Assembly: GCA_007376145.1 (NCBI GenBank)
Contig: VMFP01000004.1
Location: forward strand, 6,988-70,987
Reading direction: 5' to 3'
Length of the DNA stretch: 64,000 bases
From: Parcubacteria group bacterium Gr01-1014_38
GTDB taxonomy: Bacteria > Patescibacteriota > Andersenbacteria > UBA10190 > CAIZMI01
The notes under the pieces were generated by a model. The model had not been told where the DNA came from. It did not search any database and saw only the letters and a list, made by a program, of their open reading frames with translations. The translations under genes were made by a program, and so were the position numbers. Every line of letters starts with the position of its first letter. Position 1 is the first letter of the stretch. This document shows positions 28,846-37,076 of this stretch, piece by piece.

Positions 28846-29796
28846 TCACGCTCTCGAGGAGAAGGTGGCACCAGCGCGGGCGAGAAGACGAGAGCGTTTC
28901 TCACTGAACGTAGGAAGAAGCCGAATCAATTCCGGCAACGCTGGCCACAGTGTGGGCGTGAACAGCCACTGGAAACCGCGGGCGGCGCTTTCAAGGGCTA
29001 TCCACGGCGCATGGCGAATGAGCACGCGCGTCGGAACGTTTTTGATAAGGACGAGAAAGTAATTCCGCCACGAGAGTCGCGCAACAGGCGGATCCTTCGC
29101 CGTATCCACCCGTACCGTGCGGACGTGGGTTGCGCGCGCATCCTGCGCGCCCACAATCTCCCAGCCTCGAAGCCTGAGCCGCCAAGACAAATCCACGTCC
29201 TCCCGGTATGCGAAAAGATCCTCATCGAACACTTCCCCATCGAGTGCGACATCGTGAAGCGCTCGTCGGCGGAGGAACGCAGCTGCCCCGGTAAACCCCC
29301 ACGGCTGCGCCAGCGACCTTGAGGGAACTGCGGAAAGCGTCTGATCCTCGTACTGGTTCACTGCCCGGAGGCTTGGCAAGAGCCGAGTGCCATAGGAGTC
29401 GATGATCGTCGCGTCTCCCTGCTCCGTACTTCCTCCTTCCTGCTTCCTGAGTAAAAGCGGCGCCACCGCTCCAACCTGCTCAGCGGAAAACCCCTTCAAG
29501 CCCTGCTCGACAAAATCAGGAGCGAGCACCACGTCAGGGTTGAGCACAATCACAACCTCAGAATTCGGCAGTGCACGGAATCCGTCATTGTGCCCACCGC
29601 TGTACCCGCGATTTGTTGTATTGGCGACAATCCGCACGGCGGGGAACTTTTCTCGAACGAATTCGACCGAACCGTCGGTTGAAGCGTTATCAATGTAGAC
29701 GACCGGCACTGACACCGTTTGCTGGAAGCAGGACCGAAGACAGGACTCGAGGTAGTGCCGGTGGTTCCGCCCCAGAACCTGAATGTGCGCCGTCAT
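28846..29796 (-). CDS. glycosyltransferase family 2
   Basis: ATG at 29796 (MTAHIQVLGRNHR…) overlaps the upstream gene's stop (ATGA). YIDNASTDGS motif. Confidence 0.8.
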   Translation of the reverse strand: MTAHIQVLGRNHRHYLESCLRSCFQQTVSVPVVYIDNASTDGSVEFVREKFPAVRIVANTTNRGYSGGHNDGFRALPNSEVVIVLNPDVVLAPDFVEQGLKGFSAEQVGAVAPLLLRKQEGGSTEQGDATIIDSYGTRLLPSLRAVNQYEDQTLSAVPSRSLAQPWGFTGAAAFLRRRALHDVALDGEVFDEDLFAYREDVDLSWRLRLRGWEIVGAQDARATHVRTVRVDTAKDPPVARLSWRNYFLVLIKNVPTRVLIRHAPWIALESAARGFQWLFTPTLWPALPELIRLLPTFSEKRSRLLARAGATFSSRA

Positions 29797-31205
29797 GACC
29801 GACTTCGTGCCCCCGCAACAAGACCTGCAAATGTCCAAAAGTAGAGGTTGGCTGGGAACATATCCGTCACATCAAGAAAGAGCCAGAGGACTGCAAGACC
29901 ACAGACTGCCGCGGTCGCGGCCACGCCAATCGCGCGAGTTTCCGGATCGGTTGCGTGCCGGAGCGCGAGGAGTCCAAGCCTCACGAGATGCGCGGCAATC
30001 CACCCGACGATAACGAGACCGATTGCGCCTTGCTCTACCCACGTCTTCACCACGCCGTTATCCACGAACGTGCGAGCTTTCGCAACTTGGACCTCCTGCG
30101 CGCCAGCCGACACGATGTCGTACAGCGAAATCTCTGCCGTGCGCTGCAACAGCGTGGTCGTATCGCCGAGCCCTTCTCCGATAACCGCGCCGACATTCGA
30201 AATTCCCACCAGTGAACCGGCAGCAATCTCGAGACGGGTCTTGTTGCTTTGGTACGCTGGATCCGCGACGGCACGGACAAACTGCCGAACGCGCGGGACA
30301 GCGAGCACGGCACTGCCGAAGAGAACCATCGTGAGAAACGCGGCTCCCACTGCCCGGGGCGCCAAGGCCACTCGCGGCAGCACTGCCGCACTGATGAGCG
30401 CAACGGGAACGGCGATCCACGCGCTGCGCGAATACGTGAGGGTAGTCGCAACAAGGCCAGCGGCGGTGAGGATCCCTGCGCCGAGCCGGAGTCCTCGCGG
30501 CAGTCCTCGGATTCCCGTTACGGCCGCCGCGAGTGCGAGCGTGAAGACGAGGTATCCTCCGAGGTGATTCGGGTGAGCGAGCACGCTGGAGACGCGCGGA
30601 ATCCAGACCTGACGTGCGGCATCAAACCGGAGGACCATGCTGTCCGGAAACTGCAGCCGCTGAATTCCTGCGAGGAGGAGAATGAGTCCCGCGGTGCCGA
30701 GGAAAACCGTGAAAAAAGTCCGCTGCCGCTCGGTGGTGTGTATCTGCCGCGCCGCAATGACGAGAAGCGGGATATAGAGGAGGAGATCGCGGAGCCGGAG
30801 AAGTCCGAGCGCGAAGGCATCCGCGCGAACGAACGTGACGAGATCCCACGCGACAAGCGCTAGCACCGGAACCCGAAGCGCGGGGGGGAGGAGCGACCCC
30901 CCTCCGCGGAGCGACTGCAGGAAGAGTGTGAGAATCACGACATCCTTCAAGACGGTGAGGGGCCCGAGAACCACCGTTGCCTTGAGGATAAGCAGAAACG
31001 GCGCGGTGGCGATCAGCAGAAGGAACGCTGGCCATGGGTATCGCCACGTCCCAACAGCCACCCAGGCGGCGGCGAGAAATAGCAGTCCAGCTTGCGCACT
31101 AAAGAACAACCCGAGGAACAGCGCCGTGGCGCCAACCCCAAGCATCGCCAGAAGTGCCGTTCCTCCGAGCGGCTGGCGGAGTGCCACGAGGAGAGAAGCG
31201 ATCAT
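29793..31205 (-). CDS. O-antigen ligase/polymerase-like (Wzy_C) polytopic membrane protein
   Basis: Multi-TM protein with a periplasmic loop containing …TYSRSAWIAVPV…. Start ATG at 31205 overlaps the upstream stop. Confidence 0.75.
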   Translation of the reverse strand: MIASLLVALRQPLGGTALLAMLGVGATALFLGLFFSAQAGLLFLAAAWVAVGTWRYPWPAFLLLIATAPFLLILKATVVLGPLTVLKDVVILTLFLQSLRGGGSLLPPALRVPVLALVAWDLVTFVRADAFALGLLRLRDLLLYIPLLVIAARQIHTTERQRTFFTVFLGTAGLILLLAGIQRLQFPDSMVLRFDAARQVWIPRVSSVLAHPNHLGGYLVFTLALAAAVTGIRGLPRGLRLGAGILTAAGLVATTLTYSRSAWIAVPVALISAAVLPRVALAPRAVGAAFLTMVLFGSAVLAVPRVRQFVRAVADPAYQSNKTRLEIAAGSLVGISNVGAVIGEGLGDTTTLLQRTAEISLYDIVSAGAQEVQVAKARTFVDNGVVKTWVEQGAIGLVIVGWIAAHLVRLGLLALRHATDPETRAIGVAATAAVCGLAVLWLFLDVTDMFPANLYFWTFAGLVAGARSRS

Positions 31206-32101
31206 ACGCGACGGACGCTCGGCGGCTTCCGTGAAAGTGAGGCGATGAGTGCCGTACCGAGGCTCACTGGCACGAGGGTGGAAAGCCCGATTGCCGCCCA
31301 CCAGCCCTGATGTTTCCACGTGTACCGAAGGGCACTGCGCGAAAACTGCCACGCGCGCCAGAGCGGAGAGACTTGGGCGAACGACGTCGCGCGATCATGG
31401 ACAACCTCCGCAGATGGCGTAAACCACGTTTCCCAGCCGGCCAACTTTGCGCGACGACAGTAGTCCACTTCCTCGAACCAAATCCAATACCCTTCGTCGA
31501 GAAGGCCAATGACGTCAACGACGCCGCGCCGGATGGCGAAGCACGCCCCCATCACTTGGTCAACCTTGGTGTCGCGGCCGTACGGAAAGTCCGCCATTTC
31601 GTAACGGCGTATTGCTGGAAAAGAAGTTTGCAGCCGCGCAAGACGGGTGAGAAGTAAGGCGAGCACGATCGGCGTCGGGAACCGACGAACCGATCGCTGC
31701 AGACTACCATCCGTATTCAGTAATTTCCCACCGACAATGCCGGCTTTCGGGTGAGTCGCAAAGAAGTTCATGAGTGCCGAAAAACTTCCGGGTCGCGGTT
31801 CTGTATCTGGGTTGAGAAGGAGAAGAATGTCGCCGCGTGCTTGCCGAAGGGCGATGTTATTTGCGCGGGCGAAGCCGACGTTTTTCGGAAGTGAAATATG
31901 AGTAAAAGGTTGGTAACTCTCGCGTGCGTGTGTCAGTGAATTATCCCGCGAGGCATTATCCACGACGAAGACTTCGTACTTGAAGGGTACGCACGTAGCT
32001 GCTCCATCCACAACCTTGAGAGCCGCGTACGGCAGCGCATCGAGACATTTCCGGAGCAGTGGTCCGGTATTCCAATTCACGATGATGATGGACAATTTCA
32101 T
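31202..32101 (-). CDS. glycosyltransferase family 2
   Basis: MKLSIIIVNWNTGPLL…VFVVDNASRDNS. Confidence 0.85.
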   Translation of the reverse strand: MKLSIIIVNWNTGPLLRKCLDALPYAALKVVDGAATCVPFKYEVFVVDNASRDNSLTHARESYQPFTHISLPKNVGFARANNIALRQARGDILLLLNPDTEPRPGSFSALMNFFATHPKAGIVGGKLLNTDGSLQRSVRRFPTPIVLALLLTRLARLQTSFPAIRRYEMADFPYGRDTKVDQVMGACFAIRRGVVDVIGLLDEGYWIWFEEVDYCRRAKLAGWETWFTPSAEVVHDRATSFAQVSPLWRAWQFSRSALRYTWKHQGWWAAIGLSTLVPVSLGTALIASLSRKPPSVRRV

Positions 32102-33198
32102 GCGCCTGCTTTTTCAATCACCTCGGCAGTCTGTTCCGCCGCTCGGTCCCACGTGAAGTGAGACGCGCGTACGTGCCCCTTCGCAACCATGTCCTGCCGG
32201 AGTGAGGAATCGCGGAGAATACGGAGGATCGCGCTCGCCATCGCCGACGGATCCGAGGGATCAACAAGAACCGCCGCATTGCCGACAACCTCTGGAAGCG
32301 AGGAAGTGTTCGAAGTAATCACCGGCGTTCCGGCCGCCATTGCTTCTAACACTGGCATACCGAAGCCCTCCGAGAAACTCGGGAGCACAAAGGCAGCAGC
32401 CATGGAGTACAAAGCTGCAAGATCGTCACGTGGAACACGTCGGAGAAGATGAATCGAATTTCGAACGGACGACGTTTCAATCCGAGCGAGAATCTGTGTT
32501 TCTTTCCACTCCCCGCCACCCGCGAAGACGAGATGCACGGCAGGCTCCGAGCGCTTCAGTTCCTCGAACGCAGTGATGAGACCAACAATGTTTTTCCGGG
32601 GTTGGAGCGCCCCAACAAACAACACATATCGCTCAGGAAGCTGGTATCGCTCCCGAATCCCTTCCCTTTCCTCGGCATTCTGAAATTGCTCTTGCGCCAC
32701 TCCGTGATGCACCACGGTGATGTCGGTCGGGGAGCGTCCATACGTACTCACTACATCGTCCTTCGTGTACTGCGAGACGGCGATGAGCTGGGTCGCGTTT
32801 CGCACCGCGTGCCGCGTGAAAAAAAGGAGGAGTGCGCGGTTCGCAAGAGTGTATGTCGCTGGATAATGGATGAACTCGAGATCATGGACCACCGCGACCG
32901 TCTTCATCGTTCGCGGTCGTATGAGAGGCAGCATCTGAATCGGCATGAACAAGACATCCGGCCGATCGCGACGAAGTGCTGCGGCAAAGAATCGCTGCGT
33001 CCAAAACGGACTTCCCGGGACCACACGAATTTCACCTACGATCGTCACTCCACGTGGCGACGCTGGAAGATATGTCGTGACCTCGTGTCCGCGGTCGCGC
33101 AACAGGCGAGAAAGCCGCGGGAGAAGCTCTCCGGCATACACGCTCGGCCCCTCGAAGCGGTCCGCCGCGAGGTCCGAGCCATCAAGCGCAATCCGCAC
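32098..33198 (-). CDS. glycosyltransferase family 4
   Basis: GT4 C-terminal motifs (…PSFSEGFGMPVLEAMAAGTPVITS…). Likely start is GTG at 33198 (VRIALDGSDL…, the typical GT4 MRIALD start); the track's TTG at 33276 is upstream. Confidence 0.8.
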   Translation of the reverse strand: MRIALDGSDLAADRFEGPSVYAGELLPRLSRLLRDRGHEVTTYLPASPRGVTIVGEIRVVPGSPFWTQRFFAAALRRDRPDVLFMPIQMLPLIRPRTMKTVAVVHDLEFIHYPATYTLANRALLLFFTRHAVRNATQLIAVSQYTKDDVVSTYGRSPTDITVVHHGVAQEQFQNAEEREGIRERYQLPERYVLFVGALQPRKNIVGLITAFEELKRSEPAVHLVFAGGGEWKETQILARIETSSVRNSIHLLRRVPRDDLAALYSMAAAFVLPSFSEGFGMPVLEAMAAGTPVITSNTSSLPEVVGNAAVLVDPSDPSAMASAILRILRDSSLRQDMVAKGHVRASHFTWDRAAEQTAEVIEKAGA

Positions 33199-33217
33199 GC
33201 GACGCAGCCTAGGTGAG
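33179..33217. repeat. direct repeat copy 1 (GT4 start region: CCATCAAGCGCAATCCGCACGCGA-N2-NAGCCTAGGNGAG)
   Basis: 39-nt segment spanning the GT4 GTG start; it recurs at 34051-34089 (3 mismatches), and its 21-nt core recurs at 35676-35696. Confidence 0.85.
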
Positions 33218-33320
33218 TTTCTTCCTTTTGACAACGGCTCTATGTGTTGAATGGGTTGAACGGGCCGAGCAACCAATTGACAAAATCCTGTCCGGCAGAT
33301 ATACTGAAAGCACTAAACGT

Positions 33321-33356
33321 GGGGCGGATATTTCGCATGTCCGCCCCGTTTTTATT
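33321..33356 (-). terminator. rho-independent terminator immediately after the NYN stop codon (bidirectional-looking)
   Basis: GGGGCGGA-N11-TCCGCCCC stem (33321-33328 / 33340-33347), flanked by an A-tract upstream and TTTTTATTT downstream on the plus strand. Confidence 0.6.
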
Positions 33357-33987
33357 TCTTGGGCTCCTCGAACCTTAAGGCTTTTTCGAGCCGAACAAAG
33401 TCTCGGAAGTTCGCACCAGCAAATTTGCGGATCTCACGTGCAGTCCTAGAACCACGTGCGAGAATAATGATTTCCTCTCTTTCCTCACGAAGATACTTAA
33501 GGACCGGAAGGAAATCTCCGTCCCCCGAGAGAATAACGGCACGATCAAAATTTTCTTTCTCTTTCATAAGCCGGAAGGCCATATCGACGTCACAATTCGC
33601 TTTGCGTTTCGTGCTGCCGTCGTCCTGGTCGTACAACTTCACGGGTTTTAAGTAGAGCTCGTACCCGAAGCTCTGGAGCTTTCGGTAAAAGCGCACTCGC
33701 TGGAGATGTCGCCCAAGAAGGAGTAATTCCGCCTCGTTGAGTTCTTTGCCTTCGTTCTTAATACGCTCAGTGAGATAGTCTTCCAAGTCTTCAAGCGGTA
33801 CCGACTCAAACGCAAGGTAATCAAACGGAAACGTGTGAATCTCAACCCCACCAAAATACAGCGCGCGGGTTACCCCGTACTTCTTGCGCAGGTACTGCAG
33901 AAGTTTTCGATAATCAATTTTCCAACCAAGACTCTTCTCGCCTCCATAGAAGAGGTTTGATGCATCGATAAACGCAAGTGTTCTCAC
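33352..33987 (-). CDS. NYN-domain (LabA-like, PIN-fold) ribonuclease
   Basis: AFIDASNL…CDVDMA…ILSGDGDF acidic motifs of the NYN family. GTG start at 33987 overlaps the stop of the upstream short ORF (GTGA). AT-rich codon usage. Confidence 0.8.
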   Translation of the reverse strand: MRTLAFIDASNLFYGGEKSLGWKIDYRKLLQYLRKKYGVTRALYFGGVEIHTFPFDYLAFESVPLEDLEDYLTERIKNEGKELNEAELLLLGRHLQRVRFYRKLQSFGYELYLKPVKLYDQDDGSTKRKANCDVDMAFRLMKEKENFDRAVILSGDGDFLPVLKYLREEREEIIILARGSRTAREIRKFAGANFRDFVRLEKALRFEEPKK

Positions 33988-34050
33988 GCCGAGAAGTGTA
34001 ACATTGCTTTGTATTTCGCGTGTGCTATGCCCGCTTCCCTAGATTGCAAC

Positions 34051-34089
34051 CCATCAAGCGCAATCCGCACGCGAGGTAGCCTAGGCGAG
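34051..34089. repeat. direct repeat copy 2 (GT4 start region)
   Basis: Matches copy 1 at 36 of 39 nt. Its in-frame GTG opens a 28-codon ORF (VRIALDGLQSREAGIAHAKYKAMLHFSA*) that is translationally coupled to the NYN gene. Confidence 0.85.
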
Positions 34090-34208
34090 GCTTGCTCTGT
34101 TGGCAACCGACGATCTTGACGTGGGCAGTCCTGCAATATATCCTCGGCGTGGTGTTGTCCTTTCTCACGCCGCAACAAGCGCGGCATAGTTCTCACGGAG
34201 TATGTCAC

Positions 34209-35171
34209 ATGCCTGACCCAAGCACGCAGCGACCACCACACCCTCTCCTAACCCGAGAACTGCGTCTGATCCGGACCTGGAAGGAGTGGAAAAAACTCTG
34301 GGACGAGGAGGTGCATCCGGAACGCCTGCTCGGCCTTCTCCACTTCGGCTTCAATGTCACAGAGTTTGACGCAGGAGAGTGGCCTGAACGAGTTCTCCTC
34401 TACCTTTCCATCGCAGATGGACATGCGTGGGAAATCTCGAAGCCAGGAACGCAGAAATATGAAATCTCCTGGTCAACCTTCGGAAAACCCACGACATGGT
34501 CAAAGGTGCGTCAGCTGATCGCCCAAAAAGCGTTCAAGGAACTCTGTCAGCACCTCTTCAAATACACCCGGTCGCATCATGATGAAGAACCGTCCTGGCT
34601 TCAGCCACTCACCCAGAACTCCTGCCAACTCTTGGATGCGGTACTCGCGTTCTTCCTCCTGCATGACACGCTCGAACCTCAGCTACGCAATCTCCCGCGA
34701 GACGACAAGAGTCATGAGTACGGACTGACCGTCTCCTTCCTCCTCAGCCTGTGTGACTTCGGATGGAAGCTTCGCACGCTCCGCGAGTATGGAGCCGATA
34801 TAGAAGTCGCGGAGAACCTCCGACAGCGCCGTCCGCAGTTCATTCGCGTACTTGCAGGTCTCAAAAGGCTCGATCTCGTGACGACGAAGAGCATGGAACT
34901 CGACGAGGCGGACTGCGACATGCTACGGAAGATCGCACTCGGCACGGAGCTCTACCTCCCCACCGAGCCGAACTGGGGAGAGAAGCACCGGCTTCCAAAA
35001 ACGCTGGAAGAAGCGGTCGCCGGCGGATCTTCTGCAGCCAGACTCCTACTCCTGCATAAGATAAAACTCCAGGAGAAAGCCCGCTTTGCGCAGCTTCGAA
35101 AACTCGCAGCCACGCAGGAAGATGCTTCTCTACAGATCGAACGACTAAAAACTTCGCAGACAAAGTCCTAA
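34209..35171 (+). CDS. hypothetical protein (320 aa), no recognisable domain
   Basis: ATG at 34209 preceded by GGAG. The frame is open from TTG 34092, which would add a hydrophobic N-terminus. Followed by a terminator. Confidence 0.55.
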   Translation: MPDPSTQRPPHPLLTRELRLIRTWKEWKKLWDEEVHPERLLGLLHFGFNVTEFDAGEWPERVLLYLSIADGHAWEISKPGTQKYEISWSTFGKPTTWSKVRQLIAQKAFKELCQHLFKYTRSHHDEEPSWLQPLTQNSCQLLDAVLAFFLLHDTLEPQLRNLPRDDKSHEYGLTVSFLLSLCDFGWKLRTLREYGADIEVAENLRQRRPQFIRVLAGLKRLDLVTTKSMELDEADCDMLRKIALGTELYLPTEPNWGEKHRLPKTLEEAVAGGSSAARLLLLHKIKLQEKARFAQLRKLAATQEDASLQIERLKTSQTKS

Positions 35172-35194
35172 ATGGAGGCACAAATGCAAATGCT

Positions 35195-35222
35195 CCCCGC
35201 CGCAATCGCGACGGGGTTTTTT
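35195..35222 (+). terminator. rho-independent terminator of the 320-aa gene
   Basis: CCCCGCCGC-AATC-GCGACGGGG followed by TTTTTT. Confidence 0.6.
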
Positions 35223-35257
35223 CTTCTCATCGTTGCAATCCTCTGCCCCCCAAAACA

Positions 35258-35297
35258 CGAGTACAAAAGAAACCGCCGCGAGGAAATCCTCGCGGCG
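35258..35297 (-). terminator. rho-independent terminator of the 96-aa minus-strand gene
   Basis: Perfect 10-bp stem CGCCGCGAGG-AAAT-CCTCGCGGCG, with a U-tract on the minus-strand RNA (plus-strand AAAAGAAA at 35264-35271). Confidence 0.55.
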
Positions 35298-35304
35298 TGG
35301 GGGT

Positions 35305-35595
35305 TCACGATTTGGGAAGTCTGACAATACGATTCCCCGCAATCACCCATGGGCTCGGGTCGAAGCGAACAACAAACGACGGGACGGGAGGCCAGGCGCG
35401 AGCAGGATCTTCTTCGATGACTGTCCCGGCAAAGTCCTGCTCGCACTCTTTCTCAACAACATGGGCACTCACCATTCGTATTCCCTTCTCCCCGTGAGGA
35501 TAGATGGCCCCAATCACCCATCCTTCCAGGAGAAGCTCGACGATAGGGGTGCCCGGGAGCACAGAGCGCTCCGCGATTCGGAAATCAATAGGCAT
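35305..35595 (-). CDS. hypothetical protein (96 aa)
   Basis: ORF flanked by a terminator and preceded by repeat copy 3 about 80 nt upstream. Confidence 0.4.
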   Translation of the reverse strand: MPIDFRIAERSVLPGTPIVELLLEGWVIGAIYPHGEKGIRMVSAHVVEKECEQDFAGTVIEEDPARAWPPVPSFVVRFDPSPWVIAGNRIVRLPKS

Positions 35596-35675
35596 CAGTC
35601 TCTCCTTTCAGTGTCTTTCGTTCTGGGGATCGAAGGTGAAATGAACAAGCTACACAAGACGCTCAAAAATCCGAA

Positions 35676-35696
35676 CCATCAAGCGCAATCCGCACG
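35676..35696. repeat. direct repeat copy 3 (21-nt core CCATCAAGCGCAATCCGCACG)
   Basis: Exact 21-nt match to the cores of copies 1 and 2. Encodes a mini-ORF VRIALDGSDF* on the minus strand. Confidence 0.8.
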
Positions 35697-35780
35697 GGCA
35701 CACTCTACGCAGAGCAGCCGTTCCTGACAAGGCACAGGAGAAGATGAAATATTCCTTCCGGCAATTCCTCATTTCCAAGA

Positions 35781-35804
35781 AAAGTGCTTTCATATAAGAG
35801 AGCA
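35781..35804. repeat. palindromic repeat A (AAAGTGCTTTCATATAAGAGAGCA) containing the TrpR-like GTG start
   Basis: Imperfect palindrome TGCTTTCAT/AAGAGAGCA. Matches 36211-36234 at 21 of 24 nt. Confidence 0.8.
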
Positions 35805-36206
35805 GTGAGCAGAACTTACCGAAGAAAACTTGATGCACCACGCGCTCTCACACTGATTGAGCAAACGTTCCACACGGCCTCCCGTCAGAAGAATTTTCGG
35901 CGCTTTCTTACGGAGTTCTTTACCGTGAACGAGCGCGACACTTTTGCTCAACGCCTCCGTATCGCCTGGTTTCTTCATGCGGGCCACAGCTTCCGACTTA
36001 TTCAAGACGAAACGGGTGCCTCGTTTCGTACCATTACGACTCTCGACCGCTGGCTGAAAAAGCAGAATCCGCGCTACCGGCGGATCATTCCGCTCCACAG
36101 ACATAGACACCGAAAGCACGCCGCCCAACGTTTTCCAGGAGACCGGCCATTGCCCGGGAGCATCAAAGCATTCACACGGAGTCTCCTCGGCACGGATATT
36201 CTCTAA
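35784..36206 (+). CDS. TrpR/YerC-YecD-like helix-turn-helix regulator
   Basis: …NERDTFAQRLRIAWFLHAGHSFRLIQDETGASFRTITTLDRWLKK… fits the TrpR-like HTH fold. GTG start lies inside the palindromic repeat. Confidence 0.55.
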   Translation: MLSYKRAVSRTYRRKLDAPRALTLIEQTFHTASRQKNFRRFLTEFFTVNERDTFAQRLRIAWFLHAGHSFRLIQDETGASFRTITTLDRWLKKQNPRYRRIIPLHRHRHRKHAAQRFPGDRPLPGSIKAFTRSLLGTDIL

Positions 36207-36210
36207 ATTC

Positions 36211-36234
36211 AAAGTGCTCTCTTACAAGAGAGCA
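36211..36234. repeat. palindromic repeat B (AAAGTGCTCTCTTACAAGAGAGCA)
   Basis: Perfect 9-bp arms TGCTCTCTT-AC-AAGAGAGCA. Re-encodes VLSYKRA, the first 7 codons of the TrpR-like gene. Confidence 0.8.
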
Positions 36235-36274
36235 CATTCAAGTTTTCTAATTCACGCTACGACCGTCGGGATCG

Positions 36275-37069
36275 CTATTTCCACGCCAGGATGGCCCGGA
36301 CGCTTCTTTCGTCTTTGAGCTTTCCGTTTGGGCTAAGTCCGCGTAGCATCCTCGCTAGTTCCTTTTCAAATATCTTTATCCTGTCTCCGAATAACTCTCT
36401 GCGAGCAAATGATGTGGAGTAGAGATTACCAATGATCTGGTGAATGTTCCGCTCCACGCGCTGTTTATAATTGTGAGTTTCAATCTTCGAAAACGAGCAT
36501 TCCATGATGATGTCCTCAAACCGACGTGTATCAGTGGGAAACGTCCCCGTGCCCGCACGGCGCTCCTCTCCGAGATACGTCTTAACGAGTTTCACGATTC
36601 CTTGCTGCCAGTCCTTATCGCTCTTCCAGATATCCTGGCGGCTCACCACCGCAAGTCCGCCACCCGGCATGAGAAGTTCATAAACCTTTGCAAGAACCTT
36701 TTTCTTCTCCATCCAATGGAGCGCGGTGCCGATCGTCACGAGTCTGAACGAGCCAGGACGGTCTACGTACTCCTCCGCCGTGCTCTTCACCCATGAGATA
36801 TCCCTCGCGCCCGCTTTCGCGGCGCGCTGCTTCCCCTCCTCGATCATATCCGCATCGGGCTCAACTGCCACCACTTCCTCAAAGTCCCTGCACAGCAGCA
36901 CGGCGAGTTCTCCCGTTCCCGTTCCTAAGTCGAGGAGTCGGCCAGTGCCGTCCAGGGAAAATTTCTTTCTGAGCAATTCAAAGAAGCTCTGTGGATACGG
37001 TACTCGATAACGGGCATAGTACCAGGCTGCCCCTCTGAAGAGTGTCTCGTCGTATACGCTCGTGCTCAT
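36275..37069 (-). CDS. class I SAM-dependent methyltransferase
   Basis: Motif I LDLGTGTGELAV and Methyltransf_11-like core. Confidence 0.85.
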   Translation of the reverse strand: MSTSVYDETLFRGAAWYYARYRVPYPQSFFELLRKKFSLDGTGRLLDLGTGTGELAVLLCRDFEEVVAVEPDADMIEEGKQRAAKAGARDISWVKSTAEEYVDRPGSFRLVTIGTALHWMEKKKVLAKVYELLMPGGGLAVVSRQDIWKSDKDWQQGIVKLVKTYLGEERRAGTGTFPTDTRRFEDIIMECSFSKIETHNYKQRVERNIHQIIGNLYSTSFARRELFGDRIKIFEKELARMLRGLSPNGKLKDERSVRAILAWK

Positions 37070-37076
37070 ATAGGGA

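Noticed and set aside
33321-33356. Hairpin read as a plus-strand terminator
   Set aside because: Its best U-tract is on the plus strand, but no plus-strand gene ends upstream. Retained as the terminator of the minus-strand NYN gene, possibly bidirectional.
33984-34241. 85-aa ORF called as an independent gene
   Set aside because: Its 3' part is a duplicated fragment of the GT4 N-terminus inside repeat copy 2. Interpreted as a short leader ORF coupled to the NYN gene, not a separate protein.
35233-35727. 164-aa plus-strand ORF
   Set aside because: Spans two terminators and repeat copy 3. Low-complexity basic sequence. The antisense 96-aa ORF with its own terminator is the more plausible gene.
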